Below, piece by piece: positions 47,030 through 60,445 of a DNA stretch of 64,000 bases (its first letter is position 1; every line of letters begins with the position of its first letter). The position numbers and the translations under genes were made by a program. The notes under the pieces are model-generated. The model did not search any database. It saw only the letters and a program-made list of their open reading frames with translations, and was not told where the DNA came from. The DNA is taken from contig NIVC01000371.1 in NCBI GenBank assembly GCA_002269645.1, positions 62,001 through 126,000 on the forward strand, written 5' to 3'. Origin of the DNA: Macrostomum lignano (lineage: Eukaryota).

Positions 47030-47965
47030 AGCTACCTAGGAAAATTGGTCATTAGCTACACAGGATAATACGCAGCTAGCTACCCTAGATAATAGGTCAT
47101 TAGATACTCCAAATTAAAAGGTTATTAGCTACCCTATAAAATAGATCACTAGTTACCCAAGATAAACGTCATTAGCTACCCTATATACAATATTAAATCA
47201 CTAGTTACCCTAGATAATAGGTCATCAGCTACCCTCGATAAAAAGTTATTATCTACCCTATAAAATAGATCACTAGCTACCCTAGATAAAAGGTCATTAG
47301 CTACCCAGAATAATCGGTCTTTAGATACCCAGGATTATAAGTCATTAGCTAGTACCCTATTTAGTTACCCTAAATAATAGGTTACTAGCTACCCTAGATA
47401 AAAGGTCATTAGCTACTCTGTATAATAGGTCTCTATAGCTACCCTAGATAAAAGATCATTAGCTACCCAGGATAATCGGTCACTAGCTACCCTAGATAAA
47501 AGGTCATTAGCTACCCTGTATAAAAAATAGGTCACTAGCTACCCTAGATAAAAGGTCATTAGCTACCCAGGATAATCGGTCACTAGCTACCCTAGATAAA
47601 AGGTCATTAGCTACCCAGGATAATCGGTCATTAGTTACTCAGGATAATACGCAACTAGCTACCCTAGGTAATAGGTCATCAGATACTCCAAATTAAAAGG
47701 TTATTAGCTACCCTATAAAATAGATCACTAGTTACCCTAGATAAAAGTTATTAGCTACCCTATAAAATAGATCACTAGCTACCCTAGATAAAAGGTCATT
47801 AGCTACCCAGGATAATCGGTCATTAGTTACTCTGGATACTAGGCCATTAGCTAGCCTAGATAATAGGTTAATAGTTACCCTATTAGTTTCCCTAAGATAA
47901 AAGGTCATTAGCTACTCTAGATAATTGGTCAACAACTACCCAGGATTATTGGTGATTAGCTATGC
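47030..47965. repeat. Degenerate ~24-bp minisatellite TAGCTACCCTAGATAAAAGGTCAT
   Basis: Tandem copies. Confidence 0.9.
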
Positions 47966-48679
47966 TAAATTCTTAGCCTTAAATTGTATTATTTTTATTA
48001 TTTTTCGAAAACAATAAGTGTAAGACCCGTGTATAGTGTAGCTAGTAATATTAAAACGACCCTTTTAAGGGTAGCATCCTTTTCATGCAATAAAAGGGTT
48101 AAAAAATTGCAAAAGTTACTTCGAACTGGTGAGACTGGCTGAAACTCACAGAGTCTGCCTCCCTGCACCCAGTTCCCAGCTTTCCCATTCCTATCCATCC
48201 GTCGGACCAATTCAACCCCTTGATCTCAATTCCAATTAGAGCACAGCCAGCTCTAGCAACTCGCTCCCGCTCGCTCTCCCACTCGTTCAATCGCCCTTGC
48301 TTGACCTTTTTTACTAATACGAGCGCTTGCAGAGCCAATTTCAAGCGGCTGCTTGTTGGTCCAAGTTAGCAAACATTGAGCGGCCGAACCGCTTGCCATT
48401 GCTAAAACCCCCATCTGCCAAATAGCCGCAACCCAACTCACTGCACTGGAAACTGACTCTTTTCGCTTTCCCAGCAAGATCGTTAGCAGCAGGACTTGTG
48501 CGGACTGAACACGATAGCGGCATCGAAAAATTAGTTTGATAAAACTACAAACTGTCAAACCTGCTGAACAGTGAATAGTGGGGGAAAGCTCGTTATGAAT
48601 TCATCATTATTTTAATTGCTCGGTTGCTGGCTCAACTGCACGGTATGCTTTCTGTGTCTAATTCTAACCCTTATCTCTA

Positions 48680-49460
48680 TTCCCCACCTCTATCCTCACC
48701 TCTATCCCCACCTCTATCCCCATCTCTATCCCCATCTCTATCCCCATCTCTATCCCCATCTCTATTCCCACCTCTATCTCCATCTCTATCCCCATCTCTA
48801 TCCCCATCTCTATCCCCACCTCTATCCCCATCTCTATCCCCATCTCTATCCCCATCTCTATCCCATCTCTATCCCCATCTCTATCCCCATCTCTATCCCA
48901 TCTCTATCCCATCTCTATCCCCATCTCTATCCCATCTCTATCCCATCTCTATCCCCATCTCTATCCCCATCTCTATCCCCATCTCTATCCCCATCTCTAT
49001 CCCCATCTCTATCCCCATCTCTATCCCCATCTCTATCCCCATCTCTATCCCCATCTCTATCCCCATCTCTATCCCCATCTCTATCCCCATCTCTATCCCC
49101 ATCTCTATCCCCATCTCTATCCCCATCTCTATCCCCATCTCTATCCCCATCTCTATCCCCATCTCTATCCCCATCTCTATCCCCATCTCTATCCCCACCT
49201 TTATCTCCTTACATCTTTATCCCATCTCTCCCCATATCTATCCTATCTCTATCTCCATACATCTCTATCCCATCCTCATCTCTATCCCGATCTTTATCCC
49301 CATCTTTATCGCGATCTCTATCCCCATCTCTATCCTCATCTCCATCCCCATTTTCATCACCATCTCTAACACCATTTTTATCCCCATATCTATCGTCATC
49401 TCTATCCCCATCTCTATTCTCATCTCTATCCCTTCTCTATCCCCATCTCTATGCCAGGTC
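48680..49460. repeat. 12-bp minisatellite CCCCATCTCTAT
   Basis: Perfect core at about 48950-49195 with degenerate flanks. Confidence 0.95.
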
Positions 49461-50569
49461 TCTCTCCATCTATTACGAGCGTATGTTTTAATACATAGGA
49501 AAATTCAAAAAAGCCCAACCAGCCGATAGGTGAGAAATGATGGAAGAGTGAAAGTAGGAATAACGACGCGCGTTCGAGCCTCAAAACCCTTCATCTGGCG
49601 CATACGAGGACTAGTGCTTGGGTAAAATAGGGCAGTATTATCGTCCAGTTCCGCGCTAAAAATCCGCGGTGACAAGTAGCTGTACACTACTTATAGAAGC
49701 CACTCATTAGTATACATGCATACGATCTGTAGGAATAAGGCCCTACTGCAGCTTTGGCTGGTCCATCAATCGAACCTCGGAAGAGCCTAATGGCGGGGCT
49801 GAACAGTCAGCTGCTGTGACTCGTTTACGGCCCTGGGCATCCATCCCGCCCCCCGCCCCCTCTTCAGAAAAAAGCAAAAAATGCAGTTTTAGCATTTCAG
49901 CGCGCGAGGGGAACGCAGACTGCAGCGTCTACCCGGGGAGTGAAAGGGGAGTGACAGATACGAGTAGCTGGTAGAAGTAGAATCGGGCTTGCCATGCTAT
50001 TGTAATGCAGTTACAAAGTGTCCACTTGAAGCTTGTCTTTCTTGCTAGCGCGGATCCCCATGGATGAATCAAGGAGGCCTATGAAAAGTAATCTGGAGTC
50101 TGACATTTTCTTTAAAAAATTTATCAAACTCAGAATCAGTTAAAGAAATCGTGACAAAATCCGGGTGCTAAAATCCCGTTTCTAAAGCTCCCATAAAAAA
50201 TGGAAAAAAGGGTAAAGTTGTCCTGGGGCATAGAGTCTATAACAGACAGTACAATAATGCAGGTGTTAAGTCGCCCAGCCACTCACCGCATTGGAGTGGA
50301 TAATGGAATGTTTTGTTGTTGCTTAAGCCGTTAATTAGGTGACAATTAGCTTGACGAGGTGGGCAACGCGTGGAGGTGGAAAGAATTGGCACAGCGTGCC
50401 TTTAACACCCCCTGGAAGGGTTGCATTCAGGACTCACTGCCTCCCGTGTTTTACTTTTATGGCATCCTTGTGTTTACAAACTTTTTTCTATAGCAGGCAG
50501 GTGTATTGGCTATACTGCAAGCGTTAAAATATTACGACTGTAAATACATTTGCTAATCTAACAATTCGT

Positions 50570-51460
50570 TGTTAATCTAGGCAATAGATTGCTAATCTAG
50601 TCAGTGGATTGCTAATCTAGTCAGTGGATTGCTAATCTAGTCAGTGGATTGCTAATCTGGTTAATGGGTTGCTAATCTAGCCCATAGATGCTAATCTAGT
50701 CAATTGATTGTTAATCTAGTAAGTGGATTGCTAATCTAAATAATGGATTGCTAATCTAATCAATGGATTGCTAATCTAATCAATGGATTGCTAATCTAGT
50801 CAATAGATTGCTAATCTAGTCAGTGGATTGCTAATCTAGTCAATGGATTGCTAATCTAGTCCATAGATGGCTAATCTAGTCAATGGATTGCTAATCTAGT
50901 CAGTGGATTGCTAATCTAGTCAGTGGATTGCTAATCTAGTCAATGGATTGCTAATCTAGTCAATGGATTGCTAATCTAGTCAATAGATTGCTAATCTAGT
51001 CAATGAATTGCTAATCTAATCAATGGATTGCTAATCTAGTCAATGGATTGCTAATCTAGTCAATGGATTGCTAATCTAGTCAATGGATTGCTAATCTAGT
51101 CAATTGATTGTTAATCTAGTCAATTGATTGCTAATCTAGTCAGTGGATTGCTAATCTGGTTAATGGATTGTTAATCTAGTCCATAGATTGCTAATCTAGT
51201 CCATAGATTGCTAATCTAGTCCATAGATTGCTAATCTAGTCAATGGATTGCTAATCTAGTCAATGGATTGCTAATCTAGTCAATAGATTGCTAATCTAGT
51301 CCATAGATTGCTAATCTAGTCCATAGATTGCTAATCTAGTCCATAGGTTGCTAATCTAGTCCATAGATTGCTAATCTAGTCCATAGATTGCTAATCTAGT
51401 CCATAGGTTGCTAATCTAGTCCATAGATTGCTAATCTAGTCAATGGATTGCTAATTTAGC
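50570..51460. repeat. 20-bp minisatellite CTAATCTAGTCAATGGATTG
   Basis: About 44 copies. Confidence 0.95.
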
Positions 51461-51959
51461 TCGTAGTTAATATATTTTGAATCAAGCAATCAAGAAGTAA
51501 GTCTTTTCAGTCCAGCAATGTTCTATCCAAGCTTAGACTTAAAAACAGGAAAATATTTTGCCCAGTAGCCTGATTACCGAAGCCGACAGGTAGGGGAGGT
51601 TGTGGTGGAGGCTTTTAGTCCGGCTGAGTCACCGGACTGACGAGCTTGCCCACGTAAGCGCAGGATTCGAAAATTTAGTTGCTAGAAATTTAATGGAAGC
51701 GCGGAACCCCAGTACAGACCCAACCCTCCCACTAGCAGCTGGATAATGGAGTGCCAAGGCCTAAGCTGGAACACCGCGGTGAGGGTGGGTTCGAAACAAA
51801 GGCTGCACGCTGGCAGTTGTGGAATCTGAAGGTAGGAGGACGCGGGGGTCAAGCCTTACTAAAGCATGTAGCAGCATTGCATTCTGCCGACTGGGGTTGA
51901 AAGGAATTCGGCGCGCCGATACGGAAATAGAATGGATTGCTAGTCTAGTCAACACCACG

Positions 51960-53020
51960 AATGCAATAATCCAATGGATTGCTAATCTATCCAACATCCT
52001 GGATGCAATAATCCAATGGATTGCTAATCTATCCAACATCCTGGATGCAATAATCCAATGGATTGCTAATCTATCCAACATCCTGGATGCAATAATCCAA
52101 TGGATTGCTAATCTATCCAACATCCTGGATGCAATAATCCAATGGATTGCTAATCTATCCAACATCCTGGATGCAATAATCCAATGGATTGCTAATCTAT
52201 CCAACATCCTGGATGCAATAATCCAATGGATTGCTAATCTATCCAACATTCTGGATACAATAATCCAATGGATTGCTAATCTATCCAACATCCTGGATGC
52301 AATAATCCAATGGATTGCTAATCTATCCAACATCATGGATCAATAATCCAATGAATTGCTAATCTATCCAACATCATGGATGCAATAATCCAATGGATTG
52401 CTAATCTATCCAACATCCTGGATGCAATAATCCAATGGATTGCTAATCTATCCAACATCCTGGATGCAATAATCCAATGGATTGCTAATCTATCCAATAT
52501 CATGGATGCAATAATCCAATTGATTGCTAATCTATCCAACATCCTGGATGCAATAATCCAATAGATTGCTAATCTATCCAACATCCTGGATGCAATAATC
52601 CAATGGATTGCTAATCTATCCAACATCCTGGATGCAATAATCCAATGGATTGCTAATCTATCCAACATCCTGGATACAATAATCCAATGGATTGCTAATC
52701 TATCCAACATCCTGGATGCAATAATCCAATGGATTGCTAATCTATCCAACATCCTGGATACAATAATCCAATTGATTGCTAATCTATCCAACATCATGGA
52801 TCAATAATCCAATGAATTGCTAATCTATCCAACATCATGGATGCAATAATCCAATGGATTGCTAATCTATCCAACATCCTGGATGCAATAATCCAATGGA
52901 TTGCTAATCTATCCAACATCCTGGATACAATAATCCAATGGATTGCTAATCTATCCAATATCATGGATGCAATAGTCCAATGGATTGCTAATCTATCCGA
53001 CATCCTGGTTACAATAATCC
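51960..53020. repeat. 42-bp minisatellite ATCCAACATCCTGGATGCAATAATCCAATGGATTGCTAATCT
   Basis: About 25 copies. Confidence 0.96.
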
Positions 53021-53634
53021 AATCCTACACAACGCAGCTTTATTAAATCCTCTGCAGGATTCACAGGTGTGCAGAGTTAATTTTGTACCTGACCGGGTCA
53101 AAACACCGACACCCGGGTTCGCTGATCCAGCCAAGCTTCGGTCGGGACAAAGCATCTTGTTGGGGGGGGGGGGGGTAGGTATTCACTTTTTGTTCGCTAT
53201 ACAGCCAGCAAGGGTGATGCGGGACCATGCCCAGATCCCCGCGCGCTTCTTGTTGACTAATGAGGCGTCCGTCGGTCAGTCCAAGATGCAGAAGGGGAAT
53301 CTGGGAAGACAAGGAAGGAAGGTTTAACAGCGGCGGGGCACACTGACCCCCCCCCCCTCCCAGGCAACCAACGGTGCCCAGTCCAGCCGCTGATATGGCC
53401 CGTCTGCCTGATTTTCTTTTCCTATAGCAATTTGTGCTGATGCGGAGTGACTCAACACAATCTCAGTTGAATTCTGAACTCGGGTGTCGGCCGTTGTTGG
53501 CTTTCGTTTTGTAATACATGTAGCACAAAGCTTCTATGAACAGGTCATCAGTGCGTGTGTTTCTGTTTTGTCTGTGTGTGTGTATTTGTGTGTTCAGTAT
53601 GATATCTCAGTAAGTATGTACAGTAAGTATGCGC

Positions 53635-54805
53635 GCATGATCAGCCCCTCGGAAAGTGTACAGCAACTGTGTGTACATGATCAGCCCCTCGGAAAGTGTA
53701 TAGGAAGTGTGTGTACATGATCAGCCCCTCGGAAAGTGTACAGAGGCTGTGTGTACATGATCAGCACCTCGGAAAGTGTACAGAGGCTGTGTGTACATGA
53801 TCAGCCCCTCGGAAAGTGTATAGGAAGTGTGTGTACATGATCAGCCCCTCGGAAAGTGTACAGAGGCTGTGTGTACATGATCAGCCCCTCGGAAAGTGTA
53901 CAGCAACTGTGTGTACATGATCAGCCCCTCGGAAAGTGTATAGGAAGTGTGTGTACATGATCAGCCCCTCGGAAAGTGTACAGAGGCTGTGTGTACATGA
54001 TCAGCCCCTCGGAAAGCGTACAGGAAGTGTGTGTACATGATCAGCCCCTCGGAAAGTGTACAGAGGCTGTGTGTACATGATCAGCCCCTCGGAAAGCGTA
54101 CAGGAAGTGTGTGTACATGATCAGCCCATCGGAAAGCGTACAGGAAGTGTGTGTACATGATCAGCCCATCGGAAAGCGTACAGGAAGTGTGTGTACATGA
54201 TCAGCCCCTCGGAAAGTGTACAGCAACTGTGTGTACATGATCAGCCCCTCGGAAAGTGTATAGGAAGTGTGTGTACATGATCAGCCCCTCGGAAAGTGTA
54301 CAGAGGCTGTGTGTACATGATCAGCACCTCGGAAAGTGTACAGAGGCTGTGTGTACATGATCAGCCCCTCGGAAAGTGTATAGGAAGTGTGTGTACATGA
54401 TCAGCCCCTCGGAAAGTGTACAGAGGCTGTGTGTACATGATCAGCCCCTCGGAAAGTGTACAGCAACTGTGTGTACATGATCAGCCCCTCGGAAAGTGTA
54501 TAGGAAGTGTGTGTACATGATCAGCCCCTCGGAAAGTGTACAGAGGCTGTGTGTACATGATCAGCCCCTCGGAAAGCGTACAGGAAGTGTGTGTACATGA
54601 TCAGCCCCTCGGAAAGTGTACAGAGGCTGTGTGTACATGATCAGCCCCTCGGAAAGCGTACAGGAAGTGTGTGTACATGATCAGCCCATCGGAAAGCGTA
54701 CAGGAAGTGTGTGTACATGATCAGCCCCTCGGAAAGCGTACAGGAAGTGTGTGTACATGATCAGCCCATCGGAAAGCGTACAGGAAGTGTGTGTACATGA
54801 TGAGC
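53635..54805. repeat. 40-bp minisatellite with 560-bp higher-order period
   Basis: About 29 units of TCAGCCCCTCGGAAAGTGTA(variable 8 nt)GTGTGTACATGA. Confidence 0.96.
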
Positions 54806-55239
54806 CCCTAAGCACACACATAAGAATCCCTGTTTGTCAAAGTGAACTAGTAATGAAGGCTGCTTTCAGTGCCCCATCAAAGATGCAGAGGCAACACCAA
54901 AGTTGCTGGTATTTCCTGACTTTTCCTGTTTGCCTCAACCTTGGCAACAGGAGCAACTGCGGGCTTTAAATCACACGTGTTTGCAGGCAGTACTAGATAA
55001 CAAAGGCCAATGCTGTTGTTCCATATATCTTGTAAGGGGCCGGGTAGGTAGCTGCGAAAGAAGATAGAAAGCAACTGACACCAAGAACGATGTTCTGAAT
55101 AGAAAAGCGCCGGAAAAGTTATGACAGCCTACAAGAAAACTGCTGCTGCATTCGATGGACAAATCACTAAGGTTGTTAGCGGAAAATTACAAAGAATCTT
55201 CAAAGCCACTGTGTCTTGAAAATCATCCGGGTATTAATC

Positions 55240-55798
55240 CCCAATTAGAGATCCCCATCATTCAGGTATTAATCCCAATTAGAGATCCCATCATTCAGGT
55301 ATTGATCCCCAATTAGAGATCCCATCATCCAGGTATTAATCCCCAATTAGAGATCCCATCATTCATGTATTAATCCCCAATTAGAGATCCCATCATTCAT
55401 GTATTAATCCCCAATTAGAGATCCCCATCATTCAGGTATTAATCCCCAATTAGAGATCCCCATCATCCAGGTATTGATCCCCAATTAGAGATCCCATCAT
55501 CCAGGTATTAATCCCCAATTAGAGATCCCATCATCCAGGTATTAATCCCCAATTAGAGATCCCATCATCCAGGTATTAATCCCCAATTAGAGATCCCATC
55601 ATCCAGGTATTAATCCCCAATTAGAGATCCCATCATTCAGGTATTAATCCCCAATTAGAGATCCCATCATCCAGGTATTAATCCCCAATTAGATATCCCA
55701 TCATCCAGGTATTAATCCCCAATTAGATATCCCATCATCCAGGTATTAATCCCCAATTAGATATCCCATCATCCAGGTATTAATCCCCAATTAGAGAT
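55240..55798. repeat. 34-bp minisatellite ATTAATCCCCAATTAGAGATCCCATCATCCAGGT
   Basis: About 16 copies. Confidence 0.94.
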
Positions 55799-56609
55799 CA
55801 AGAGAAGCGTTTTAAAGCAGGAATAAAAGATTCTTTGGAAAGTATTTTCCCTTTTTTCGAAAAGGTATAGATAATTCCGACGATGTAGCCAGAGTAGGTC
55901 TGCTTTCAGCTGCTTCTGGCACCGTTCGGGACAAGGCCAGTGCTGCGTAGAATGCGTTCACATGAGTAACAAAGGTGGGTTGAAAAGATGAAAGAAGACA
56001 GTTAGAACAAAGGCTGTAGAGAAAAAAATGCGCAAAATTTCTGGATGGGGATCTGCACAGATAACGATGGGAGAAAAGTTAAGGGTTAAAAAGAGTTCGC
56101 TTTCTGTGTCGGTCAATGTAGCCAAATTTGCGCCGGGCTGATCGAGAGAGATTTTTGCGTCGGGGAAATTTCTTGCCGCAGCATCGAGTATTAAGTATCG
56201 GTTGATGGCCTGCGCTATGAGGGGCCCAAGATGGATGGCTGCGAGAATTGCCCTCCCAGCTAGTAAGTGAGGGGCGCTCTTCAAACACAGGCCTAACAGA
56301 ATCGTCCTTACCAAAAACGGTGACGTAACCAACTGCTTTCATATGTGGAGTTGGCTGATGTTGATCTTGGCCTTATCAATTTAATGTATATTGAATCGTG
56401 TCTGTTGTCTCTCAGCCTCTTTGCGGAGTTGCCAGTTTGCTTCTGCTGAGTGATAACGGGGATAACTGAACTGATGTCTGGCCGGAGTCAGCAGGGTGGC
56501 ATTTGGTTAACAAATGCCTTGGAAATTGGAGCTAACACGAGAGGCGAAAGATTGATGCACCTGCTTATAATTATAATGATGAAGTATAGGCAGGTACGGG
56601 AAGAAATGA

Positions 56610-57270
56610 AGTGAGAGGGTGAGGAGAGAGATAGATAGAAGGAGAGAGGAGGAGAGGGGTGAGAAGGTAAGAAGAGAGGTAATTAGGAGGGGGATAGAGG
56701 GGAGAGGGGAGTGAGAAGGTAAGGAGAGAGAGTAGATAGAAGAGATATAGAAGAGAGAGGATTGTAAAAGGTTAGGAGAGAGGTAGATAGAAGGGTAGAG
56801 TGGAGAGAGGAGGGTGAGAAGGAGAGGAAAGAGGTAGATTGCAGAGTAGAGAGGACAGAGGAGGGTTAGAAGGTGAAGAGAGAGGTAGATAGAAGGGTAG
56901 AGAGGACAGAGGAGGGTTAGAAGGAGAGGAGAGAGGTAGATAGAAGGGTAGAGAGGACAGAGGAGGGTGAGAAGGTGAGGAGAGAGGCAGATAACAGAGT
57001 AGAGAGGAGAGAGGAGGGTGAGAAGGTTAGGAGAGAGGTAGATAGAAGGGTAGAGTGGAGAGAGGAGGGTGAGAAGGAGAGGAGAGAGGTAGATAGAAGG
57101 GTAGAGAGGACAGAGGAGGGTGAGAAGGTGAGGAGAGAGGTAGATAGCAGAGTAGAGAGGACAGAGGAGGGTGAGAAGGTGAGGAGAGAGGTAGATAGAA
57201 GGGTAGAGAGGAGAGAGGAGGGTGAGAATGTGAGGAGAGAAGAGCGTGAGAAGGTGAAAAGAGAGGTAGA
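56610..57270. repeat. Purine-rich ~51-bp tandem repeat
   Basis: Recurring AGAGAGGTAGATAGAAGGGTAGAGAGG..GAGGAGGGTGAGAAGG. Confidence 0.85.
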
Positions 57271-57859
57271 AGGTGAACAGCAGACAAAAGAGCCAGAAAC
57301 GCGGTACGCAAGACGTTCAAGACTCTTGGAAAGTTGCGATCAATGTACAACCAAGGACCCCAATGCGAACCCCTGAAGGCTCTCAAGTGTAGATCGAGGT
57401 CTCAGTTTATATTAAAACGGCTTAGAAAGGGGGCTAGTCGATTGCATTCAAGACTCTGTTGGACGAAATAAAAGACAATTTATCCCGCTGGCATGGAACC
57501 AAAAGTGGAAATTTTCCGAGGTTCGGAATTGGGCTGGGCAATGTTTATGCAGTAACTCTGCACAGTTAGGAAGCTGTGGCGATGAAATCGAGTTTTTTTA
57601 AGGTGACGCATGACGATTCGATTTAAGCGTCTCCATCAGGGAGAAAGAGACTGGGGAGGGCCGGCCTTTGGCTGGCAAAAGCTGCACTTTTTCTGCTCCA
57701 TCTTAGAATGCCTCCCAATTCAGTTTGCGTAAATTGTAAATAAACAGCTTGGCAATGCTGGATTGCCGATAAACAGCAATGTGCTTTTACGAGATACTCT
57801 ATTCAAGTACCTGAATTCAATGGCGGATCCTGGCAGGTCAAGGGAGTCAGCTGGTATTG

Positions 57860-58255
57860 CTGAGATAGAACTGGGATGGTATTAGTGAGATAGAACTGGG
57901 ATGGTATTAGTGAGATAGAACTGGGATGGTATTAGTGAGATAGAACTGGGATGGTATTAGTGAGATAGAACTGGGATGGTATTAGTGAGATAGAACTGGG
58001 ATGGTATTAGTGAGAGACCTGAGATGGTATTAGTGAGATAGAACTGGGATGGTATTAGTGAGAGACCTGAGATGGTATTGGTGAGATAGAACTGGGATGG
58101 TATAAGTGAGAGACCTGAGATGGTATTGGTGAGATAGAACTGGGATGGTATTAGTGAGATAGAACTGAGATGGTATTAGTGAGATAGAACTGAGATGGTA
58201 TTGGTGAGATAGAACTGAGATGGTATTAGTGAGATAGAACTGAGATGGTATTAAG
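57860..58255. repeat. 25-bp minisatellite GAGATAGAACTGGGATGGTATTAGT
   Basis: About 16 copies. Confidence 0.94.
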
Positions 58256-58927
58256 AAAGCAGTTTCCAGGAAATAAAACCGACGGACAGGAATTTGGTGG
58301 CAATTTAAACAGACTTTCTCGCCAAGCGCTACGGTAGCACAGATTGACAGGCAGGTGTGTGTGGGGTGGGAGATGCACATGCCTTAGCAACTAAACTAGC
58401 GCAAGCAAGTCCTCGAATTGACCTCGCCACAAGCAACACATTCGAATTTATCCATTCATGCGTGCATTTCCGCAGTAAGCTTAGCCCCCCATAAGTCAAA
58501 GCCAAGCTAGAGAGAGAGAGAGGGGGCACCTCTGCTGGAACCCGTTTGCCCGTCTAGCTGTGCAAGTGTGTAACAGTAGTAAGTCCGCGGCCAGTGCTTG
58601 ACAGTCATTGGCCCGCCCCAGTCCATCCTGCCCCCACCTCAAACCCCCTGACCGCTCCGGGGGCTGAAGGGATCTATCCGCCTAGGAGAAAGTGAAACCC
58701 ATCGCTGCGCGCGGCTTAGGTCAGGCAAGAAGACGAAGAGGAGAAACTGAGGGAAGACAGGCGCGCACGCCGACAGAAGAGGTGAAAATAGGCAGCAGTA
58801 AGTATTGTTTAGAAGGATCTCCTTCAGCAGGGCCGAAGCAACAAGCATAGAATAAGTTCGCATGCATGAACTTGTCGCGGCTGAGAACCAGCGCTAGATT
58901 ATCGTGTCCCGGATAAGAATCCGGAGC

Positions 58928-60377
58928 ATGAAGCCAACAGATTTGCTGTTGCTGCCTCTGCTACTAGTGGCAGCCTGCGCCGCAGCCGCAGCGGACAAGG
59001 GGCCGGCGCAACTGGAGCTCTTGGAGCCGGCGGGCGGCGCGGGCGCCACCTACGCGCACCGGTACCGACCCGGTAGTTACTTCGGCTACTCGGTGGCCGC
59101 CTACGCTGATCAGGGCATTCCGTACGTCATCGTTGGCGCCCCTCTCGACTACGTGAGCAGCTGGCGAGATGAGCCGAACGGCGACAGGCGGATCGGCCGG
59201 GCCTACCGGTGCGAGCACCGCCGCGTGAGCGGCTGGTCGTGCGAGCGGACACCGTCAGCTTCGAGGTCGTCTAACCGAGCCGAGTACAAAGGCATGGGCC
59301 ATGTGGAGCCCGGCTCCCGGGCTGGCCAGTGGATGGGCGCCGCAGTGGCGGCCACCAGCGTCGGTCGGGACGGCTACTTCAGCGCCTGCGCGCCCAGATT
59401 TGTCAGCAAATCTGGCGTAGGCGGCGACGACGCCTGGACGGCCATCGGCGAGTGCCTTGTGTACCCCGGCCTGAGCCATCCGTATCACGTGATCAGCCCG
59501 TGCAACCGCTCCTCCCTGCCGGCGGCCGGGCCTGGCGCCGATCCCGGCCAGTGCCTGAGCGGCTTCAGCTCCAGCGTGCTGGGCTTCAAAGACGGCCGGG
59601 ACTCGGTTTTGTACTTCGCCGCCGGACTGCCCGGCTGTCACGACAGCAACGGCGAGCTGTACGTTGGCCGGTTCGTTAATCGGAACTTCACCGGCGGCTG
59701 GACCTACAGGCGTCCGTCGGGCATCGAAGCTCTGCTGGCTGGCCGGAGCCGCTCGCTCTACCTCGGTCAGGCGGTGCAACTGGCCGAGCTTGTCCAGCAG
59801 CGGCCGGGCGACTCCTCCGGAAGACATTCGAGGCGTCAGCGAGCGCCGCACCTTCTGGCTAGTCGGTCGGTGTGGATTGAAGCCAACTGGAAGGGCGCGG
59901 TGACCGTGATGGACGTGTTCATGGCCGGCGAGCTGCACGTGAAAGACGCGCTGGGCAGCATCGGCGACGGCTTCGGCTACAGCCTGACCACCGGCGACAT
60001 CAACGGGGACGGCTACGGCGACATCGCGGTTGGAGCGCCGTACCATTCCAACAGCAGCGGGTCGCGGGTCAACTCCGGCCGGGTGTACATCTACTACGGC
60101 AGCGGCCGGCCAGACGGTGGCTACTCGGTGCGCCCGGAGCCCACAGTGCTGGAGGCGGCCGAGTGGAAGACCGGACGGTTCGGCCACTCGTTGGCCAACG
60201 TCGGCGACGTGGACGAGGACGGTTTGGATGACTTGGCGATCGGCTGTCCGTACTGCGGCCCGGCCGGCAACGGCGAGGTGCATGTGTTCCTCGGCCGGCG
60301 CGGACGTCCAATCAGCCGGAGGCCGCACCAGGTGCTGCGCGCCGAGGATCACACGCTGGACGATGGAACAGTGCTGA
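58928..60377 (+). CDS. ITGA: Integrin alpha subunit, first coding exon (signal peptide plus six FG-GAP blades, no I-domain); the gene presumably continues beyond the window
   Basis: Signal peptide MKPTDLLLLPLLLVAACAAAAA; YFGYSV..IVGAP; FGYSLTTGDINGDGYGDIAVGAP; RFGHSLANVGDVDEDGLDDLAIGCP. GTGAGT donor at 60378. No further exon was found in the window. Confidence 0.92.
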
Positions 60378-60445
60378 GTGAGTCACCGGAGGGGCTGTGG
60401 GGCTCCTTGATTGGCTGCCATGCTTACTTCGCTTGGTTTCGGGTG

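Noticed and set aside
55958-56342. Overlapping minus-strand ORFs of 124 and 87 aa
   Set aside because: No recognisable domain or splice context.
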